Assembly (NCBI GenBank): GCA_963809895.1
Contig: CAWELD010000003.1
Location: 3,232,001-3,296,000 of the forward strand
Length of the DNA stretch: 64,000 bases
From: an uncultured Gemmatimonadales bacterium
GTDB lineage: Bacteria > Gemmatimonadota > Gemmatimonadetes > Longimicrobiales > Gaopeijiaceae
Reading direction: 5' to 3'
A model generated the notes under the pieces. It worked only from the letters and a program-made list of their open reading frames with translations, was not told where the DNA came from and made no database searches. Every line of letters starts with the position of its first letter. Within the stretch, counting starts at the first letter, position 1. Position numbers and translations under genes: made by a program. Shown one piece after another: positions 57,536 to 64,000 of this stretch.

Positions 57536-58006
57536 ATGAAGAGATGGTGGAGGCGGATCCGCGGCGCCTTGGGCCTCGGTGTCGTATGGGCAGGCGGGGG
57601 AGCCTTCATCGGGGGGCTGATCGAGCTGATCAGCAACCTGTTCCCCGGTCTTCCGTTGCGATTCATCGACATGTGGATCCCACTGTTGGCGATCCCCGGA
57701 TTCCTCGGTGGAGTGTGCTTCTCCGTCGTGCTGGGAGTTGCGGCGAGACGGCGCAGATTCGACGAGTTGTCCCTCCCGCTGGTTGCCGTCATGGGAGCGG
57801 TGGGAGGGTTGTTCCTCGGAGGGTTCATGGTGGCCCGCGGGGTGAATCCCCTGATTCTCGCGCCCGCAACGCTGTTGAGTGCCCTCGGCGCGTCACTCTC
57901 GCTGGGGATCGCCAGAATGGGGGAGCGTCAGGAGCTGCTCGACGCCGGCGCCGAGTTCGACTCGATCCGCCTCACCGAACAAGAGCAGCGAGAGCTGTTG
58001 GGCTGA
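57536..58006 (+). CDS. Hypothetical membrane protein
   Basis: MKRWWRRIRGALGLGVVWA...RRRFDELSLP. Confidence 0.78.
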   Translation: MKRWWRRIRGALGLGVVWAGGGAFIGGLIELISNLFPGLPLRFIDMWIPLLAIPGFLGGVCFSVVLGVAARRRRFDELSLPLVAVMGAVGGLFLGGFMVARGVNPLILAPATLLSALGASLSLGIARMGERQELLDAGAEFDSIRLTEQEQRELLG

Positions 58007-58132
58007 TCGCGCCACTCCGCTACGAGCGCCCCCGGTGCTCCCAACTGCCGGGGCGGCCAGGGTCTCGAGATCACCGAGCGGATCGCGAGGGCCGAAGGCA
58101 GGTCGCCGAGTTCGAGGCGCTTCAGGAAAGCT

Positions 58133-58519
58133 TCACAGCGTCGCCAGCTCGATCCCCATGGCCGACGCGGCCGCATTCATCCGCTCGTCGTAGGCCGCCA
58201 GGCGCACGGCCTTGCCCCGCTCCAGGAGAAAGGAGACCGAGGCCAGGTGGAGCGCATCAAGCGTGCGGACCGGCGCAGGAAACGGACGGGTCGCCCGTCC
58301 CAGCACCTCCGGACGGAGCTCGACCCACGCCAGTCGGGCGAGGAGCAGCCGGACGAGGTCTCCGTGGGTGCGTTCGAGGTCGCGCGCGTGGATGCGGGTC
58401 CACATCTCGTATTCCAGGAGCCGACTCGAGACCAGCTCCTCCTGCCACAGCGCGTCGGGGGGCCTGCGGTCCTCGGCCAGCAGATGGGCCAGAGCCACGG
58501 ACGTGTCGAGATAGATCAA
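58133..58519 (-). CDS. VapC PIN-domain toxin
   Basis: MIYLDTSV...VRTLDALHLAS...AYDER. Confidence 0.92.
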   Translation of the reverse strand: MIYLDTSVALAHLLAEDRRPPDALWQEELVSSRLLEYEMWTRIHARDLERTHGDLVRLLLARLAWVELRPEVLGRATRPFPAPVRTLDALHLASVSFLLERGKAVRLAAYDERMNAAASAMGIELATL

Positions 58520-58800
58520 CCCTCGCCCCGATCCGACGCCAGTTCGTCCAGGAGATCCCTCAGGGCGGCCATGGGCGCGGCGGGGGGTGGCGCTCCCGGG
58601 CTCGAGGCCGCCGGCGTGACGTAGCCCTCGTCGGCCAGGTCGCGAAGTGCCCCCGAGTAACGCAGGGCGTCCATGGCCCGGATGCCTCGGCGGAGCGCCT
58701 CCGAGCGGGAAACACCCATGACCTCGGCGGCGCGGTCGAGCTCCCGCCGCTCCTGGGGCGTCAGATAGACCTGGATGGGTTCGCGTACGACCTTGGCCAT
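58516..58800 (-). CDS. CopG/RHH antitoxin
   Basis: IQVYLT...LDRAAEVMGVSRSEALRRGI; overlaps the toxin start. Confidence 0.85.
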   Translation of the reverse strand: MAKVVREPIQVYLTPQERRELDRAAEVMGVSRSEALRRGIRAMDALRYSGALRDLADEGYVTPAASSPGAPPPAAPMAALRDLLDELASDRGEG

Positions 58801-58875
58801 GGCTCCAAATTTGCCGAATGCCTAAACAAAGTCAACGCGTGAGGCGCCCACCCAGGCCTGCGGGGACCAGGGGAT

Positions 58876-59370
58876 TCACCCGCCCCAGCCCTCGTCGGCC
58901 GTCGGTCCATAGATCGACGGGAGCGGCACGTCCAACAGCCGCAGGTAGACCGTGAGCTGACCGCGGTGATGGCTCAGGTGGCGGAGCGTCTCGCGTGCCA
59001 CCTCACCCTTCGGCTGCGTCGAGAGCACCTGATCGCCCATCTTGAGCGACCATGGGGCGTTCAAGTCGTTGCCGGTGACTCGACCCAGCGCGTCGCGTGC
59101 CTTCTCGACACCAGCATCGAATTGCTCCAGCAAGACGCTCGTCGGCTGAAAGCTGTAGTTCGGCCCACCAGACAGATCGAGTTCGGAGTGATCGAGGATC
59201 AGCGGAAACCAACCGGGCATCCCTGCCACGACCTGCGCGAGGTGGCCCAGCGCGAAGGACTTCTCGTGGGGCTTCCATTCCCCCTTCTCATCGGGTACGC
59301 GCTCCAGCAGGCGGCGCGTGGATGCCATCTCCTTGGCGAACTCCGAGAGCGGGATTGCGGGTGCGGCCAT
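58876..59370 (-). CDS. DinB family protein
   Basis: WKPHEKS..LG.LA...HLSHHRGQLTVYLRLLDVP.PSIYGPTADE. Confidence 0.92.
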   Translation of the reverse strand: MAAPAIPLSEFAKEMASTRRLLERVPDEKGEWKPHEKSFALGHLAQVVAGMPGWFPLILDHSELDLSGGPNYSFQPTSVLLEQFDAGVEKARDALGRVTGNDLNAPWSLKMGDQVLSTQPKGEVARETLRHLSHHRGQLTVYLRLLDVPLPSIYGPTADEGWGG

Positions 59371-59601
59371 GGTCCTTCTCCTGGCTCGAGTGCTCGGATC
59401 GCCGCCCCGGGAGGGTCCTCGGAGTGGATCGGGTTCCGATTGGATTCCGAAATCTACACCGAACAAAGACCGAATCAAGGTCCAGTTTGATCGAGGGTGG
59501 CCGAGACGTCGCCGAAAGCGTAGAAATTGTGGGCGCAGAGGACTGTCGGTTCCCACGTTGGCGACAGAGCACCCGCACCCCCCTCCAAGGAGCAGCGCCG
59601 C

Positions 59602-60438
59602 GTGTACTCGCGACAACAACTCTCGGATGGATTCCGCTCTCTCGGCGTGCGGGCGGGCGACGTCGTCATGCTGCACGCATCGGTGCGGTCGGTGGGCGAG
59701 GTCGCCGGGGGGCCCGACCAGATCCATCTGGCCCTCAAGGACGTTCTCACCCCCGAGGGCACGCTCCTCATGTACGCCGGATGCCCCGACTACGTGGACG
59801 AGGTGGGGCGTGGACGCCTGACGACGGACCAGAAGAGGGAGATCCTGGAGAAGCTGCCGGCCTTCGATGCGGAGACGGCGCGCTCAGCGAGGGACCATGG
59901 GATCCTGGTCGAGTTCCTGCGGACCTTCCCCGGGTCCCACGTGAACGCCCACCCCGCGCGGTTCGTGGCGTGGGGACGCCACGTGCCGGAGCTCTTCGCG
60001 TCGCAGCCGTGGGACTTCGCGTTCGGCGCCGGATCCGCACTGGACCGGCTCGTCACGCTCGACGGCAAGATCCTGCTGCTCGGCTCGGACCACGACGCCA
60101 CGACCTTCCTGCACCACGTCGAGCACGTCGCCGACATCGCCGGCCGGCGCATCGCCAGCTTCAAGGTTCCGGTGCTCGAAGACGGTCGCCGGGTGTGGCG
60201 CGACATGAAGGAGTTCGACACAAGTAGTGCCGGCGCGCATCCGAACTGGCCCGATCGCTTCTTCGCACGGATCGTGGGCAGCCACCTGCGACAAACCGAG
60301 AATCGTGGCGGGCGCGTCGGAGAGGCCCGTTCGTACTACATGTCCGCGCGGGAATTGCTCGCGTTCGCGGACGAGGTGATGCGGCGCGTGGCGGCCGATG
60401 CGGGAGCGGCGGCAGAGATCGCGGAGTGGACGGGCTGA
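59602..60438 (+). CDS. aac(3): AAC(3) family aminoglycoside 3-N-acetyltransferase
   Basis: LGV..GDVVMLHASVRSVG...GTLLM...HP..F.A.G...GKILLLG...T.LH..E (Antibiotic_NAT family). Confidence 0.88.
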   Translation: MYSRQQLSDGFRSLGVRAGDVVMLHASVRSVGEVAGGPDQIHLALKDVLTPEGTLLMYAGCPDYVDEVGRGRLTTDQKREILEKLPAFDAETARSARDHGILVEFLRTFPGSHVNAHPARFVAWGRHVPELFASQPWDFAFGAGSALDRLVTLDGKILLLGSDHDATTFLHHVEHVADIAGRRIASFKVPVLEDGRRVWRDMKEFDTSSAGAHPNWPDRFFARIVGSHLRQTENRGGRVGEARSYYMSARELLAFADEVMRRVAADAGAAAEIAEWTG

Positions 60439-60500
60439 CGCGGTTCGACTTCTCCGGAACGGGGTCGTATGATGTGCGCGTCAGGGCTCATGGAGGTCCG

Positions 60501-60773
60501 ATGCGCGCGACGAACGGCTTGCTGATCCTCGGGACTTTGCTCTTCACTGGCGGAGCGGCGTTGGTGCTGACGTCCCTGGGCCACCGCGGAGACCGACGTC
60601 TCCTTCTGGGGATCCTGGGATTCGTCGGGGCGGTCGCTTGCCTGGGCACCGCCGCATGGAGGATCCATCACAGTGTGGACTGGGAGCGGGTGGACGCGGA
60701 GCAGCGGCTCTGGGAGAGTGGCCCGCTCGGCCGGATCTGGCTGAAGATCCGCCAGGCACGGCTGAAGCGGTGA
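60501..60773 (+). CDS. Small hypothetical membrane protein
   Basis: Two TM segments; RBS GGAGG. Confidence 0.65.
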   Translation: MRATNGLLILGTLLFTGGAALVLTSLGHRGDRRLLLGILGFVGAVACLGTAAWRIHHSVDWERVDAEQRLWESGPLGRIWLKIRQARLKR

Positions 60774-60799
60774 TCGCGAGCGTGGTCGACGGCGTCCGG

Positions 60800-61886
60800 A
60801 TGCGAATGGCCGTCATTGCGCTGCTTGCCATTGCCACGATCGCGTGCGAGTCGAGCGACCGGCAGCCTTCGTCGAGCCCCGCGGAATGGGCCTTCGAGGA
60901 CGTGCCCATCCTCTCCATGGGTCGTCCCTTCGAGGATGGCCCGGAGTTCGATCGCATCACCACAGCGGTCCTTCTCTCGGGGGATTCCATCGCGGTAGCC
61001 GATGCCTCGCTCCAGGTGTGGATCCTCACCCCCGACGGCACGCACGTCCGGACCTTCGGTGGGAAAGGAATGGGCCCAGGGGAATTCGCGAGCATCGCCT
61101 GGGTCAACGAATTGTCGCCCGATTCCTTGCTGGTGTTCGACCAAGCCCTGGACCGGCTGTCAGTGTTTACGCGTGAGGGCACCTTCGTCCGTGCCGTCGA
61201 TCCCGACCCGCGGCCGGGATCCCAGCGCCCACCGAGCTTCATAGGGTGTCTTCGCGGATGGTTCGTTACTCGCGGCGGAGCGACTCCTGGCGCCGCCACC
61301 CATCGGCGGCAGCGGTCGCGTGCGACCCGATCTCGTCCTCATGCGCTACGCGAGCGACGGGTCGTTCATCGACTCCCTCACCACCACCCCGGGCGACGAA
61401 TTCGGCATCGTCGATGGGGTGATCGTAAGGTCGCCAGTACTTGAAGCGGACGGCCTTCGCGGTGGGCACGGGGCGATTCCTCGTCACCAACGGTGAACGC
61501 TTCCGGGCCCGAGCCTTCGATCGTGATGGTCAGCTCGTCGACACCCTGGAGGACCCACGGCCCCGAACCGCGCTCTCGCCCGAATCATGGACGCGCTGGG
61601 CATTCAGGGGCCCAAGGTGGACGTCCTCCCCGACAGCTTGCCGGCGACGACCGACGTCCTCATCGATCCTGAGGGAAGGGTGTGGTTGGGCCGCGCCGAC
61701 GCGGTCCCCGTCGATGCCGGACCGTGGGTCGTATTCGCGGCGGACGGCACCCACCTCGCGCGTGTCGGGATGCCCAGCGGATTCAGGCCCACCGCGATTG
61801 GTGACACGACGGTCCTGGGAGTCTGGACCGATGACCTCGGTGTCGAGTCCCTGCGCCTCTATCGGCTGCCCGTTCCAAGGGAGTGA
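60800..61886 (+). pseudogene. 6-bladed beta-propeller lipoprotein, multiply frameshifted
   Basis: TIAC; FGGKGMGPGEF; IDPEGRVW in a later frame. Confidence 0.75.
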
Positions 61887-62704
61887 ACCACGCCGTGCCC
61901 GCATTCGACGAGAGACCAGAGACACATCCCGGCTCGTCGGGACCGCGCCCCTGGGTGCGCACCGCCCGTTGGCTCGCCGCGGAAACCACGGTGGTCGTGG
62001 TCGGGATCCTCATCGCCATGGCGCTGAATTCGTGGTGGACCCAGCGCCAGGACGACGAGCGAGCTCGATCCTATCTCATCCGCATCGCGGAGGACCTCGA
62101 CCAGGACGCGGACGCCCTCGAGAAGCGGATGGACTACTTCCAGAACGTGCAGGCGTTCGGAGACGGCGCGGCCGCGTACTGGGACTCCGGCACCCTGAGA
62201 AACGGCTCCTATTGGCATACCGTCGTGGCCTTCTTCCAGGCGAGCCAGATCTGGCCCTACGTTTCGACGACCCGGACCTACGACGAGATGCAGAGCGCCG
62301 GGGATCTGCGGTTGATCCGAAGCCCCGATCTGCGCGCTGCCCTCGCCGACTACTACGACGACAGCGAGGTGAGCCAGGGGGGATGGATATTCGGCGTCAT
62401 CCCCGAGTACCGGAACCGCATCCGGAGCATCACGCCCATCGACGTCCAGCGATATCTCTTCGAGTCCTGCGCCGCGCAGGACAGCTACGAGAACCAGGTC
62501 CTCCTCGACTGCGACGCACCCGAAACCATCTCCGAAGACGAGGCTCGGGCGATCCTCGAGCACTACCGCGCGTCTCCGGAGCTCATGGAGGATCTGCGCT
62601 CCTGGATGTCCAATCTCATGGTCACGGACATCATCATGCATCTCACCAGTGATGCGGCACGGAGGCTCGCAGGGCAGGTTCGGGAGGCGGAGGAGGGCGC
62701 CTGA
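61883..62704 (+). CDS. DUF6090-like anchored protein
   Basis: AETTVVVVGILIAMALNSWW...TYDEMQSAGDLRLIRSPDLRAAL.DYY. Confidence 0.78.
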   Translation: MNHAVPAFDERPETHPGSSGPRPWVRTARWLAAETTVVVVGILIAMALNSWWTQRQDDERARSYLIRIAEDLDQDADALEKRMDYFQNVQAFGDGAAAYWDSGTLRNGSYWHTVVAFFQASQIWPYVSTTRTYDEMQSAGDLRLIRSPDLRAALADYYDDSEVSQGGWIFGVIPEYRNRIRSITPIDVQRYLFESCAAQDSYENQVLLDCDAPETISEDEARAILEHYRASPELMEDLRSWMSNLMVTDIIMHLTSDAARRLAGQVREAEEGA

Positions 62705-62753
62705 AGTCGCGGCGAGGGCTGCAAGTTCCCATTCGGAGTGAGCTGATCACACT

Positions 62754-63434
62754 ATGCGCACCAACGTCTCGGCTTCGCTCAAGAGCGCTGGATTCTGGTC
62801 AGCCGTCCTGGCCACGGTCTTCAGCGTCGGCTACAGCGTGTTGCAGATCGGCGAGTGGTTCGGTCTCCTGGGCTCGGCGGGCGGACCGGAGAGCTCGAGC
62901 ACGCCCCTGGGCATCGCCCTCCTCCTGACGCCGTCTCTCCTCCTCGGCCCGTCCTTTCTGGTTCTCATGGTGAGTGTGCACCAACTCACCGAGCGGCAGC
63001 GGAGAGTGTGGACCCAGGCCGCTGTCGCATTCGCGACCATCTACACCGCGCTGATCGCCATCAACTACTACGTGCAGCTCGCCTGGGTCGCGCCCCGACT
63101 GGCCCGCGGAGCGATCGAGGGGATGGAGCCCTTCCTCTTCACGCCCTTCGACTCGTTTCTCTACGCCGTCGACATTCTCGGATACAGCTTCATGAGCGCC
63201 TCGACGCTCATCGCGGCGGCGGCGTTTCGCCGTCCCGGCCTGGAACGCTTGATCCGGTGGTTCCTGATCGCGAACGGGCTGGTGATGCCGTTCCTCCTCT
63301 TCCAGATGTACGTGCACTGGCTGATCTGGGTCGCCTCGGCCTGGGCGATCACCTTCCCGGCATCGACGTGGTCTCTCGCGGTCTTGTTTTCGAGGCTGGA
63401 GGTCGAGGAAGATGGAGTGCAGGCCCAGGCATAA
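62754..63434 (+). CDS. Hypothetical multi-pass membrane protein
   Basis: About six TM segments; SFLYAVDILGYSFMS. Confidence 0.78.
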   Translation: MRTNVSASLKSAGFWSAVLATVFSVGYSVLQIGEWFGLLGSAGGPESSSTPLGIALLLTPSLLLGPSFLVLMVSVHQLTERQRRVWTQAAVAFATIYTALIAINYYVQLAWVAPRLARGAIEGMEPFLFTPFDSFLYAVDILGYSFMSASTLIAAAAFRRPGLERLIRWFLIANGLVMPFLLFQMYVHWLIWVASAWAITFPASTWSLAVLFSRLEVEEDGVQAQA

Positions 63435-63565
63435 GCCTTGTCCGACAGAAAATCGGCGTACAAATTGCGATAGACGGCACCGCCTTCCTGTCCTGGCGGC
63501 TCGCGCCCCCTCCCGCCGTTTCTTCCCATCGCCACGAATGCAACCCGCGACGGAGCAGCACGTCC

Positions 63566-64000
63566 ATGTGGCGCACCCTACGCGGCGATCTGATCCGGGC
63601 TCTCCGTTCGACGTTCAGGAGTCTCGACCTGGTCCTGGCGGTCGTATCCATCGGACTGGGTGGGCGCTTGGCGGCGCGGAGCGGTATCTACCGCGTCTCG
63701 CGAGGGTCCCTCCTGGACGGCCTTCACACGAGTTGGACCGCGCTCTCGGTCCCCTTGCAGCTCGATGTGCGTGTGGCGTCGTCGGGGACGTTGTCCTACC
63801 ACGGCTACGCCGGGCTTTCCCTGGATTCCAAGGGTACGTGTTCGCAAGAGTTCCGATCCGTCGAAGGACGCCGCCGCGACTTTACCGAGGATCTCTGCGG
63901 CTCGCCGGCTGGCAGCTCATCGCTACAAGTCGGCACCCTGATCGGCGCGGGCGTCGAGCTCCGAGGACGGGACGGCGTGACAGCGGTCGGTCGCTTCAGC
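63566..64000 (+). CDS. Partial ORF, apparently chimeric (ABC-permease-like N-terminus plus outer-membrane beta-barrel-like strands)
   Basis: Manual translation is open to the window end: MWRTLRGDLIRALRS...LAVVSIGLG then ...LSVPLQLDVRV...YAGLSL...VGTLIGAGVE. Confidence 0.4.
   Translation, partial: MWRTLRGDLIRALRSTFRSLDLVLAVVSIGLGGRLAARSGIYRVSRGSLLDGLHTSWTALSVPLQLDVRVASSGTLSYHGYAGLSLDSKGTCSQEFRSVEGRRRDFTEDLCGSPAGSSSLQVGTLIGAGVELRGRDGVTAVGRFS

Noticed and set aside
58820..58833. GCCTAAACAAAGTC resembling the attI1 end (CCCTAAAACAAAGTT)
   Set aside because: It lacks GTT and is better explained as part of the minus-strand promoter region (TTGACT) of the RHH-VapC operon.
1..64000. Integron integrase, tRNA, rRNA or prophage structural genes
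   Set aside because: No tyrosine-recombinase motifs, RNA-gene signatures or phage genes were recognised in the window.

Overview
GC-rich bacterial accessory region. The gene content (many RDSAG...GPGE-type beta-propeller lipoproteins, PadR plus orphan MacB/ADOP-type permeases) suggests Gemmatimonadota; this is inference. The window opens inside an IS110-family transposase (minus strand) with a structured ~100-nt leader. It is followed by what looks like an integrase-less, decaying integron cassette array. Four consecutive toxin-antitoxin modules are delimited in part by attC-like hairpins (1631-1734, 2611-2703; weaker or dead ones at ~4176, 7651, 8519 and 10501). Three cassettes are bracketed by unusually long (16-21 bp) cassette-specific inverted repeats that extend the R box. 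From 877 to ~37,200 all but one of the genes are on the + strand; they are functionally unrelated and often frameshifted, truncated or chimeric. A fixed-spacing intergenic motif (CTGGC-N20-T[A/C]ACCTG[C/T]G) recurs 8 times on the + strand upstream of genes. In one pair of copies it is part of a 120-bp duplicated leader running up to the start codon. Other cargo includes a DmpA peptidase, three DHFR-like proteins, a cytochrome c-PQQ dehydrogenase, an M1 peptidase, a 42-bp VNTR coiled-coil gene, a Rox-like FAD monooxygenase, AAC(3), an ArsR/SRPBCC/DUF1801 operon and a fifth TA pair. No rRNA, tRNA, CRISPR array or integron integrase is visible. All family assignments come from recognising motifs by eye, not from database searches. 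Some of the frameshifts may be sequencing errors.
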